Shown piece after piece: positions 13,419 to 27,000 of a DNA stretch of 64,000 nucleotides. The stretch's first letter is position 1. Each line of letters begins with the position of its first letter. A model generated the notes under the pieces. It was given only the letters and a program-made list of their open reading frames with translations, had not been told where the DNA came from and did no database searches. The translations under genes were made by a program, and so were the position numbers. This stretch comes from Chrysomallon squamiferum (taxonomy: Eukaryota; Animalia; Mollusca), in contig CM022670.1 of assembly GCA_012295275.1 (NCBI GenBank), positions 32,736,001-32,800,000 on the forward strand, given 5' to 3'.

Positions 13419-16313
13419 ACAAACAAATTTAAAACCAGGAAAGAAATTTGATAAAAAAAACAACCACAAAAAAAAACCCTACTGAGATAAAAAAATCAAA
13501 ATGTAATGTTACCTGTGATAGTGTGTGGTGTTATAATTTTATATTTCTTCTTTTTATTATTACTGTTATGTAATTTCATTGTAAAGTTATTTCATAATTT
13601 CTAAAATTATATGTGTTTGTTTTTATGTAGGAGCAAAGTAATTGGATTTAATTATTTTAAATATTTTTTAGGGATACATTTCAAAGACACCCTCATTAAA
13701 TTTGGTTGTTTCAGTTTTGGAATGTTGAACATAGTGTTAATTGTCATTTTAGATATGCTGGGTTATTGGTTTTTAATATCATTTCTAACATTCTTTATAT
13801 TATTTAAAGGTTAGTAACTAGTGACTGATTCATATTCCATCAAATGTTATTTTGATTTCAAGCGATTTTATAAAAATAAAGATTTTATCAATAAATGTGA
13901 TATAATAAAAGTAAAATATAAAAAGATCAATAAGTATAAGCAAAATATTAATGAAAGTAAATAAAAGTCCCCTAGTTTAGTGTTAAATACTTAAATTATA
14001 TAGGAAACTGTACTGAAACAAATCTACTGAAACTAGATTAATTTCATTAAAAAATATATATTATGTTAATAATATAAATATTGTTTTAAAGATGACTTTA
14101 AATAAAAAAAATTAAAGATAACAATTAATGATTTATTATTTATTGAATGTTTTAAACAATATAACATTTTTCTGTAAAAAAAAATGATATTCTTGTCTTT
14201 TTGAAATTATAATTTTTGTTAATTTTATATATTGAAATAAACTGATGTAATCTGGTTAATTATTTTTTTAATAAGGAATCTTACAACTAAATATTAGTTA
14301 CTTTTCTTTGCTCTTCAATTACTGCCAAAAAGAATTTTAATTTACCATATCAGATTCTGTTATTTTTACCTGTCATTCACTAGCAGAATTTAGGATGAAA
14401 TTTCACAAAACTGATTCAGTGAATATCTTGTAGTTGTTATTTTAAAAAAAATTAAATGTTTTCTGTAGCAACAATAAATGGCAAGTTAACAACTACAAGA
14501 CTAGAACTGCATAATAAATAAATTAATAAAAAAGTCAATTTAAAAAAGCCTATGATTAAAAATCAACTACACTTAGGTAATATGCTCTAAGCAAACCTTT
14601 GTTTGGCCTTTTCCCTGTAACTTTATGTTAGCATAACTCAAATAAATTTCAATTTTTAAATAATGATATATTAAGTAGAAATATGCACACAAATATACAT
14701 ACATTCTTGGTTTAAAATTATATTTAATATAGTAATGTTTATAAGTGGAATATATGTTTATAAAATTCATAAATGTTAAACTTTCATAGTAATTTATAAT
14801 TTTTATTACATCAGTTTCATTTTTACTACATACTCCTAGCATACTTAAGATCATTTATTACATAATTTATTTTATTAATCAAATCCACCATATTGACAAA
14901 TTCTACATTTTCAATACATTCCTGAATATTATTACAGTTACATAAAAACTGTGTTAATTATTATTATTTGAAAAGAGAATCATTCACCACTGTATGACAA
15001 ATAAAAATGATAAGCATGCATGACAACACATGATTTTTCACTAATTCTCTGTTAATACCCATTGCAAGGCTGAAGCAATGCCGTTAAACTATGACTTTAA
15101 TACCCATGAAAAGTACGACTTCCACCAGGACCATGAAAATGAAAACTGAAAATGAATTGTGGGATAGAAAAAAAAAAAAAAAAGTTTAAATTACTTCTTA
15201 AAGTCACTGAAGATGACTTTGGTAATTTAAACAGACAATGCTGAAATAAGTAAGGAAAAAAGGAAATCAATAAATAAACAGTGATGCATATAATGTTAAT
15301 TATCACTTGTTAGTATCTTGGTTTATTATTGTATTTATTATTTTAATTATTATTATTATTATTATTTTTTTTTTTTTACTTTTATTTATTTCAAGAAATA
15401 TTAACCCCCCCAAAAAAATAAGAAAGAAAAAAAAGTAAATGAAAAGAGATCATCTATATTTTTAATAATCACCAAAAAAAAAACCACAACTAATATAACA
15501 ATTAACACATCATTGCAAAAGTCAATCTATATGTAGATTGCATACCACTTCATTCCCAAATACTAAATTAAATAATAACAATAATAAAATAAAATAAAAT
15601 TCAGAGAAACCAGTAAATATAAAATTAAAATTAAATAAATAAAATAAAATAAAATAATAATAATAATAAAAACCAAAAAATTAATAAATAAAAATAAATA
15701 ATAATTAAAAAATAAAATGACAAATTAAATATTTCACAGATTGCATAAACAAATACATGTTAATTACAAGTATTTGCTATTAGTAGATATATTGTTAACA
15801 CAGAATCTACCAGATGCCAGCTGTACAAAGCAGAGCAGGAAAGGGTGGAAGCTCTATGCTATGTGAATTAGGTTAAATGTGTTAGAAAAAATTACTCTGC
15901 ATTATAATCCCTATTTCCCTATATATCACAACAATATAATAATTATTGATAATCATGTATTTAAAATAAAATTTTATAAATTGAAAAAAAAAAAAAAAAA
16001 AAAAAAAAAATCCAATTCTTTTCCATTGATAATATATAAGTCAATGCATTAATATTATAATGCAAATTTATGGTCCATAATTAAAGTTTTAATATTGTTA
16101 TTGGAAACCAAATATGTAACAGTTTAGAAGAAAAGCTTGTTGGAAAAGTTTATTTTAATATAGAAAAAAGTTTAAAATCTTATTTCTTTTTTACATATAG
16201 TAAACAAATTCTAGTTTTAAATATATCTATAAAAATTAAATGATGGTCATAAGTTAGGCAAATCATTAGTTTTTTCTGGGTTTTTGTTTTTTTACCATTC
16301 AAATGTACAAAAA

Positions 16314-16347
<34 letters not shown>

Positions 16348-17307
16348 TATATTTATATTTGTCTTTTGTTAACATGCTGACATTTTAAAATTTAAATAAT
16401 ACCTGTAAAAAAATATCTTCTACTGTCTTTGAAGTTCTGTTTTAGCCTTTTTAAAAAAATGTTTAATCTGCTTAACTTATGACTTTCACTGTAGTAATGA
16501 AAATACATTGAAACTTACTCTTGTTAATCAGAACCTGGACCAAACTCTGTGACCTTACGATGTTGTGTTGACACCCAGGTATGCATGTAAGGTCTGGGTG
16601 TTGCTTGTGGCCAATCACTCCATGGCTCTGAGGGTTCCATTTCAGTCTCAACTTGTTTTACATGAGGACTGAAACTGGCAGTATTTCTATTTTACTTGTG
16701 TAAAACAAAAGTAACGAAACATCCCCTCAACCCCAAATGTACCGAAGTAAATGATAGTACAAAATGATACGGTGACAATTGCGAAATAACTGTCATGGTT
16801 TTAAAAAAAATTGGTGACAATCCCCCAAATGTTTGGGATAATTACAGTGGTATAAAAGTAAATGGTGACAATAACTGCAATGGTATAAAGAAATATGGTG
16901 AAAATACCTTATGAATCTTGAAAAAATGATCCCAATCTCTCAACACTTTTGAAAATACTTAGTGGAAATTATAAATTCATTTATAACCATCTTGAAATAA
17001 TCAAGACAGTATATTTAATCATCTATTTTTACTCTAATTTAAGAGTGAAGGTTTCAATAAAAAATATGAATTTATTATATTCTCTACCATTAAAGAAAAT
17101 ATGTTTTAGCTGCAAAGGTTTTGGAAATAAAAATATATCTAAATTTTATTTTAATTTTCCAAAATGGATAGTATTAAAGAGGTATGTATATTTTTTACAA
17201 ACTGGCAAACCATTACCTTTCCTAATTTATGCTAAAATATTCCATAAAATAATAAATAAATAAATAAGTAAATAAATAAATTTGAATATAAATAATATGA
17301 AGATTTA

Positions 17308-17374
<67 letters not shown>

Positions 17375-20300
17375 TTTTAAAATAAAAAAATAAAAAATAA
17401 AAGATTTTACTAATATATATGTCCAAAAGAGAAATTAAATACTTGAAACATGAAATTATAAATGTTAACTAGATTAGAACTAGATATTAAAAAGCACTGA
17501 AAACAATGAAGAAGGATTATATTTTTATAAGATACTGACAAACACACCTGGTTGATAATAAAAATACATTTACTTAAAATGTAATAAATACAATTATTTT
17601 GAAGCTTTCATGCTTTTAAAAATACATTTTTAATTATAATAGATAATATACATAATTGAGACAAAAGCTCTTAATAAAAGTTTTACAATCAAATGTAAAT
17701 TTGTTTTATTAAATACTATAAATATAAAGATTTTTACAATTATTTATTAAATATACTTTTTAATGAAAATTTGCAGTATTTGTGCATGGAAAAAGACCGA
17801 GGCAGGGCATCTAAAATGCAGAATACAGTTACTGTATTATAATAAAATAGTATTTTCTGATTAACATTTATGGGAATTATTAATTTAAAAAACCCAACTA
17901 TTTGATAATAACAATTTAAAATTAAATTTGCCAATAAAATAATACTCTTTATTTTTTAAATAATGGTTCATAAAATTAGATGTTTATCATTAAGAAACAC
18001 AAGAAAAAAAAACAAAAAAAACCAACATATCTATATGGTAATTTCATTTCATCAGAACTTTTATGGATAATATATAAATAATACAGTTTTAAAAAGCAGA
18101 ATTCTTTCAGTTATTTTCTTAGAAATATTTACTGGATACATATAATGTTATGTTATTATATTTTAAACCAGCATAAAACAAAACTGGTCATTATCCAAAG
18201 CAGTGACTACAGAAAAAAAAAAAAATAAAAAATAAAAATGTATAATAAGAAAATAATAAATATATAAACAACCACAAAATCAGCTGAACTAATATAAATC
18301 ATTATTTTAAAATTTAATTAAAAAAAAAAAAATAATAATAATAATAAATAAATAAATCTATTAAAAAAAATTATTTAGTATACTCACTACTGGTCATAAG
18401 GTTGCATGGTGTCAGTCTGTACGTATCTCTGAAATTAAGGTGAATGTCTGTTTTGAAAACATAAATAATATAAACAGCAAGAAAACATATATCAATATAT
18501 CTTACACAGGTATAATTTTTATGCTGGAAAATTTGTATTTTCTTTTTTAATTTGAAAGCTGTGTTAGATAATTTATTAATCATGATATGTATTTATATTT
18601 TATTGTTCAAACAATTTGAAAAATTACAATAAAAAAATTAAAATAAAATAAAAAGTAAAACAAAACAAAATAATAGTAATAAATAAACAAAATAAAAATT
18701 AAACAGATAATGAAAGGGCTTTTATTAAAATTACTGAACCATTAAAAAAATAATTCAAATAAAACTATAGTAATTATTTTTTCTATGAAAAAAAGAAGAA
18801 AAGAATTATATGAAATTTCATATAAGATTGTGAAATGCTTGTGCAATTAAATCTTATTATTAATACACATACAAACACAAACACATAAACAGACATCAAA
18901 CAGTCATCAACATCCAAAAACACATATATACAGTAATATTTTGTGCAGTGCTCTCTCTGGTGTACTTACTTCTCTATATTTTAAACTTTTACATTATATC
19001 ATAGTGTAAATTATGAAGTACTGAAAAATATTCTGCATGCATTCTTCAACCTTCAGAATGTAGTTTTTCTATTACAAAAGCAAGCCTGTGAGTGTGTGAT
19101 GTTTAACAGAATTATAAAACATCACCATCAAACCTGTATTCCTTGGTTAATCATAAGTAATGAAATATATGAGAAAATATTTTTACTGGAGTTACAATTG
19201 AATTGTATAGACTACAGACTAGTTTGTGTAACTCCTCTTTGTTGACTAAATCTACAGACTGTGACACAGGGTGAAATTAATTAAAATGCCCACAATCTTT
19301 TTGTATAATTTAAACTGGCCAATGTAAAATTATGAATATATTAAAAATATAGTTATGATGATCCAAATCAAAAAAGAATAAAAACGAAAGAAAATGATAG
19401 TGGGAAAAAAAAGAAGAGAATATTTATGAATTTTTTCTCTTAAAATATCCTTTAATTAAAAATGTATTAAAAATGTTTTGATTAAAATTAAATAACAGAA
19501 TTAGGAGATATAAACTCTTGTGTTTCTAAAACAACCAAAATTAACATTTTGTTTAAATAATTTTATAAATTATCATTTAATCATCACAGTTTAATATAAA
19601 TAAATAAGTCCTCTTCATTTACTATTCATCAACAGAGATCTTTCTCTTTCCAAATATTTTTAGACTGTGGGCAAGTCTATGTGAACCAGGCGTGAAAAAT
19701 TGAGACATACCGTACTCACAGGAACCACTTCTACTTGCGGTTGTGGTACCGCTATAACTTTGGGCGGTGGTGGCGGTGGTGGCGGTGGTGGAGGAGGAGG
19801 AGGAGGTGGTGGTGGTGGTGGTGGTGGTGGTGGTGGTGGTACCTGTGGCGGCGGTGGGGCTCGTGCTGTTGTCTCCTGCTGGATGATGATTTTTGCTGGT
19901 TCTCGGTCGAAGTCACGAACTCGACACAAAAAGGCTTCACTTCTAAGTCGCTCTATCTCTTTCTGCAGGTCATACATTCTACGTAGATGATCCTGCTGCA
20001 GTCGACGTATTTCACGTTCCAGTTCATCTAGAATTAAATCCCCTTTTTCTTATGATGGTTCGGTATGTAAATTACCATTTTAAAGTTTATATTATTTATA
20101 TTTTTTAAATTATTAAACTTAGAAAAATTATTGCTTTCTGTTTGAATACTGCTTCTAGAACTCTCATTTTAAAATGTTTGTTGATTGCTACAAGTGTATT
20201 ACTTCTAAAACTTTATTTTAATTTTAAAAAGTTATAATTTGTAGTTTTGAATCTTTTGTATTTTTCAGATGACATCATACTTTTGTTGGCCACATGCCTG

Positions 20301-23300
20301 TTTTATATATATATATATATATATTTTAATTACTATTTACTTTACAACATTTTAAAATAAATTAATGATATTACTGATTAACAGTTTGGAAGAATTTGGA
20401 AGAATGGGTTTGTATTGACAGTGTAATGGTTTTAATTTTTTTAAATTTTATTTCAACAATAAAAAACAGACTTTTGTTTCTTGAATTCTGGAATAATGAA
20501 GATTAGTTAATTAATGCTTACTTAATCTAACTTTATCTGCAAATGAAATGTACATTGAATCATATATAGATTTGTTTTTATTGTCACCATAGACTTTTTA
20601 TAAATAAATAATTTTTCTAATTTTATGCAAACAATTTAAAATTATGTTCAAATCTTTCTTTTTACAAATCATAGAATTTTTTAAGGTCTGTAAGTTTTAA
20701 TAACTTCAGAATGCATTTACAAAAAATAAAATAAAAATTTGTCATGTATTTATTATTGTTTGTAGATACTTTACAGAATTATAGAATTTAAGAGTTAAAA
20801 ATATTGTATGTTTGGAACATATCTATGTTAGTTCATTAATCTTTATTTACATGTTATTTGTTGTAGTTTTATGGTATGCACTGATGACATTATACCAATG
20901 AGTCCCTGTAATGCTTTGACTGATGGAAGATGTTTGAACAGTAACAAAGTAATCACAACACAGAATTACAAGCAGTTAGTACAAAAATAAACTGAGCACT
21001 ATTTACAAATTCACAACAAATAGTTTATAAAAGTTAATTAAACCCAAACCCACCAGAAATGAATTATATTTTAAATCTTTTTGATCAACGTGTCAGATTA
21101 ATTTCTCTTTATTTGTGATTACTTTTGGTACAGCTCAAAAACCTCAAAGCACAACTTATTACTGAACAGAAAACAAAATATACTTGAATTTAATAAATTA
21201 TTTATTGAAAATAATGTAATATTTTTTTTTACATTGATTTACATGTGCTGTCCAATGTGAGTAATCATAAAAGAGAAAAAATCTAACAGTTGTATAGATA
21301 ACAGTAACAGGATTTGGGAGTCTATAATACACCGTGGTAATAAAATTTTAATTTTGTATTTTTTCTAAAATTAATAAAATGATTTAGTTATTCTTTAAAA
21401 AATACATTATATGAATAACATTTTAAATTTTTAATATCATTTTTATTGTTTTTATTCCAAATACTAAAAAGTGATATAAAAAAACAACTAAATAATAATC
21501 AATAATAAAAACATACCTCGTGAATATTCTAAAAGTCCTTTGATTTTGAATAAAAAAAAAAAAAAAAAAAAAATGTATTTTTATAAAATAAATAAATGAA
21601 ATAAAATAAATAAATAAATAATTATAATAATTTTAAGAAATACTTTAAAAAAAAGAATAATAAAAAAACATTAAAAAAACCCACATTTAAATTTTAACAA
21701 AAATTTATATAAATTTTTTTTTCTAAAGAATTTGTGAGTTGTGATTTTTGATTTTTTAAAGAAGCTGATGTATTATAGACTCATAAATTAACTAAGTATA
21801 ATGTTTTACACTTTGCACCTTTTTACGTAACACAGACTACACTTTATAATATGACTAGTAATGAATTCATTTACAGATTATAAATAATGAAATGGTATAA
21901 ATATTCTGTATACAGTGCTCAGTTTAAACTAAAAGAAACCACTATATGCTCTCAGTCATTAATTATAATTTTGTAAGCAGGTATTTAATTATTTTCAGTC
22001 AAAAACAAATTTCTGATAAGCAGTCACTTATATCTCTTGAAATTATTATTTCAGTGTTTTGTGATATTAGATAAAATATATAAAATTTTGCACCAAATAT
22101 TTAAATATAAATGAATTTGAATATTGAAAATATCTGTATGAATTTGTACGATGTAATATCTTTGATAAATGTTAATAATATTAAATAACAAGTTTAGCTT
22201 CTTTAAAAAAAAGAAGAATAATAATCATAATTAAAATAAAATGACTGAGAAGATATAGTGCTAGTGACAATATGTTGATCATACAGAAATATTTAATTTG
22301 TTATATGACATATAGGATTATAAAAACGTGGTATATTTCCTAATATATATTAATAATAATACCCCCCCCAAAAAAAAACCCATTTTTTTATTTTTTTTAT
22401 ATTATTGCTATAAATATCTTTTCACATTTTAAAATTATAATTTAATTAATGAAACAAACTGAAAGTCTATTAGAATTTCTATATTTATTATTATTAATTT
22501 TTTTATTTATTTAAGTTGCATTTAAAAGATACCATTTAAAAGATCTTTGCAGACAAAAGTTCTTCAAAAAGTTTGCTAGAAGAAATGAATAGGCTGTGGA
22601 AGAATATTATTTGTGAAAATCTATAAGCATCTAGAAAAGGTTTTAGTGATACTTCAGAAAATAATATTACAAATTACAAAGCAAATTTTCATGTTAATTA
22701 TAAATAATGATTTATAAAAACAATCAATCTGGTTATCCACAGCCTGATTTTCTGAAATGCTTTATTCTTCTTTTTAATTATGTATTTATGCTTGTATTAT
22801 TTATTTATGTGAAAACTGACTGACAGTATTTTACAACAATTTAAGTCATAAAAAGTTACATTTGATTAGATTTATATTTATTCAGAAAATATCAAATTTT
22901 AGATCAGGGTTAATCACATTTTTTAAATATTCTAACTATTTATTCACTATATATTTTTACTGATCCTTTGTTTCACTTATAATTTAAAAACTAAGAGTAT
23001 TAACATTTAATTTCTTTGGTTTTTAACATTAAAATAACATATTTATACATATAATTAAATAAAAACAATTTGCAAAGAATACACATTTTAAAAATATACA
23101 TTATTTCCTTAACAGTGATAAATAAAAATAATTTATCACAATACATTTTATAAAAAAAAAAAGAAAAAAAAAAGATAACAATTTAAATTTTCATTTTTCT
23201 TTTCACCCATCTTCTTTCTTTTTAAGTAGTGTTTTCATATTTTTCATGCCCTCTGTACATCATACCTATAAGTAATTATTTGATTATTTTTAATATTTGT

Positions 23301-23660
23301 GTTAATCATTAGAGAACAGCAATGTGGTTAAAATAATCTTGACAAAGGCGACAGGTTGATGAAACACCGTATCTAGCAGTCTGATCCCCATAATTATGCA
23401 CATGGATGTTGTGAGTGGTTTGTGGAGGACCTGCAAAACACAGACATCATGCTAGTTCTCTCAGATCAGTTCTTAAACTTAATTTCTCCAGTGAATACCA
23501 ATTTTGAATTCCAGATGCCCATATCAAACTAAAAACTAATGACTGAAAAAACATTAATAATGATCAAGACATCGTTTTAATTTGTAAAATTAAAACTTTA
23601 TTGTATTGAACACAAAATAATAGTTTATTTTTATTTTTTATATATATATATATATATATA

Positions 23661-23698
<38 letters not shown>

Positions 23699-24024
23699 TG
23701 TTCATAAAATAATAATTCACTGCACTGAAGTATGTATTAAACAGTATGTTACATTTTTTGGATAACGTATTTTAAAAATTTATAAGAATTAAAAATGAAA
23801 TTCACTGCTCTTTACAGAAATTTTAAATTATATTTCTTTATTCATTTACAAATAAGATTTCATTTAAACTGACATGAGCACCCAGATAAAGAAATATGGC
23901 ATATGCTGTGACTGATTTAAGCAACACTGCTAGATTATGTGACAGGCCAGATCAATACTAACAAAGTGATTAAAATAAATTTAATGTTGATAGACATTTC
24001 AGTTAATATGGACATAATGAAAAG

Positions 24025-24055
<31 letters not shown>

Positions 24056-27000
24056 GATATTATGGGTTAAGAAGCTTTTATTATAATAGATTATATTAGA
24101 AAAAGAAATTTCTTTTCTTCTAATGACAACTGTCTTTTTTTATTTTATATTTAATTATTATTTTTTTAAATAAATAAATAAAATAATAAACAAAATATAA
24201 ATAAATAAATAACTGAAGAATTCACATTTGCTGCAGCTATGCATCTAAAGTCATTACTTAGAGATATGAAAGATATTCTAGTGTGTTAGTTTGTTAGTAG
24301 CAGTCCACTGTACAGTAATTAGTGCAATAGTGAAACACAAATAAATATTAAATATTATAAAGTCTTAACTAATTCTACTAAAATAAAAAAATAGTGAACT
24401 AATGTCCTGCAAACATCTTCCATAAGAAATATTATTAGAACAAAAAATATAAAACTAAAGAGTGAATTGTACTATGAAATTTTACAGCACAGATCAAATA
24501 CATTTCTAATGACAAATTGTTCTGATTTATGTATGAAAATGAATATTTATTTCTGAGAACACGTAAACAATCAGATTAATTTCAGTATAATTTAGGTGTT
24601 TTTATTATTAATGGAACATTTGGCTACTGTTTTTTGTTGTTGTTATAATACATGTTTTTATAATTTATAAAATATTAAAATACACTCTGAATTAAAGATA
24701 CATAAACAGTATTATGATAATAAACAATTCAGAAAGTTTAAGAAAATCTGTAATAATATTCATAAAATATTTACCATATTTTGCTACAATAAATTATACA
24801 AAGTTTTTAACAATACAATTAAGGCTATATTTAGTTTAATAGCCACTTAAGGAAATATCATATATTTGATATATGAAATAAAATTATACACATATATTAT
24901 TGTAGTTCATTCAGCAGCATTTTTATTTATGAAGAAATGTTGCTTTGCTGTAATGAGAAAATCTTGTATTAAATAGCTTAAGTCAGAGCCTGTTATATAA
25001 TAAAATTCATATTATATTTATTATAAGAAGCATCTGTGGGTTCATTTTTTTTGACATACAAAAATAACCATTCTGTTGGCACTGTTTAACAGAATTCCAG
25101 TTTTACTTATTGGCACTGGCAGCTCTACTTCTGGGAGTTGATTCTTCAACAACTGGACTAAGTTTACCAGCAGCTTGTGATGGTCTTAATGAATGTGTCT
25201 GAGACAAACTGGAGAGTGTAACTCTCTTACTGTCAGAGTTTAAAGCACTTTGAGGAGGCTGTGGACTGGGACTTTTACCTGATTTAAGTATTGGTTTAGG
25301 GCTTGGTGAAGGTTTTGGTGATGAGGAGTCTGTATTAGAGGAAATATTTTTGGAAGCATCTGATGGATTACTTTTCTTATCAGCATCACTGGAAAGAACT
25401 GAAAGGTGAGGAGACTTTTTAGGAGACTGATTAGAAGTGGAATTGGACTTGCCACCCGTTTCATCTTTTTTTGCATCTATGATTTCCTCTATTTTTAACA
25501 TTGGTAAAGGCTGATAAATTTGTTGATGTTCATAGCCTCCATATCTACTTTTATGATCTACAAAGTTTAGCTTCCTTTCTGTTTCAAAAGTAGATGTTTT
25601 TTGAGCAGTTTCATTTGTACTAGATGGGTCAAGCTTTGGTGTGTTAAGGGCACTTAAATCTAATCTTTCCACTTTTTCAACATTGTTTGTTTGTGGAATA
25701 TCTTGGGAAGGTTTTTCTTCCTTAGTGGTTGGGTTATCTGGCTTTTCTGTTGTTAGTAATTCCTTTTCAAAATCAAAAGGCTTGGTGCCTCTATAGGAGG
25801 TGGGAATAGGACTGTACCTGGATGTGGAAGTCATATTAGGTTTGAAATTAAATTCTGATGAGGTTGTTGTAGTTGGAAAGAGACCAGCCACAGATGGATA
25901 ATATCTAGATGTAATCAGTCCTGTGTTACCAACAGAAGTCTGAGTGAAGGGGGTTAATCCTGGATTGTATCTAGCTGAAGGTAAGTTTGAGTATGCTCCA
26001 GGAACTAGAGCTGACAAAGGCCTATTAAGAGAGGAGTAATGTGTAAATGTTCTCCCTGACAGGTCTACGTCATAAGGAAGATTTTTAGAGTTTAAGCCAG
26101 TACGTGACCGGTATACTGGAAACAGCATGCTCCGGTATGAAGGGTAAGAAATGTATGATGATGAATAGTGGAAGCCACTCCTACCTTCTCGTTCATCTTT
26201 TCGTCGATTCTTTGCTAGAAGATTTTGCTCTTGTAGAAAAAGTAGCTCTCTCTGCAGTCGCTCATTCTCCATCTCCAACTGCAGTATATTTTGTGAATAG
26301 TCTGGATGATGTTTTTCTGAAACACAATTATTTTAGAAAAATATTAGTAATTAATAATGAATTAATATTAAATACTGCAATATACTGAATAAAATTAATT
26401 AATGTTAAAATAATGGATTTACATCCAAAAGATACTGATTTTCAGTTACAAGAAAAATGAAACTGGTTTACTAAAAAGTGTCTTTCAAGTTTTTTCTTCT
26501 TCATCTGTTTTAAAAAAAATTTAATTAAATAATTTATTAAATATTTCAACTAAACTGAATATTTGTTTACATTTTTACCTTTTGGTCTTTTTTGATTGGC
26601 ATTACGAAGTTGTTCTTCAAGAGCTTGAGCTTCAGCTAACATCTGAGCCAGTTGTGATAAGACTTCTGGATCTGTGCCCCCATTAGCAACATATGCTTGT
26701 CTGATGGCACTGTAAAAAACAACCAAACAACCATTATCATTGTATTTACATTCTAAAGATGTCTGCATAAAACTTCAGAATGGAAATATAGACTTTTAAA
26801 AGTATTAATATAATAATTGAATAATAGTTTTAAAAAAAGATGGAAAAAAAAAGAGGCTTTAATGAGATTTTGAGACAGGTGAAAATAGATCTCTTCTACA
26901 AAACAAAATCAGTACGGTTGTTTGAAATCATGCTTTGAGTAAACAAAAAAATGACACTTGTATATGATTTTCCTTTAATTAACAATATAATAAAATATAT

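Noticed and set aside
19660-19719. Read-through of the 19720 donor (VSTVCLNFSRLVHIDLPTV*) as another tail
   Set aside because: The donor is a perfect GTGAGT, and 19 open codons is weak evidence on its own.
19700-19990. Poly-Gly, poly-Trp and poly-His ORFs (19700+, 19735+, 19752-)
   Set aside because: These are shadow frames of the poly-Pro repeat in CCDC17 exon 19720-20027.
25103-26278. 391-aa ORF as an independent single-exon gene or transposon ORF
   Set aside because: Its first part is the conserved CCDC17 coiled-coil exon with an in-phase acceptor at 26316. No TE domains or terminal repeats were seen.
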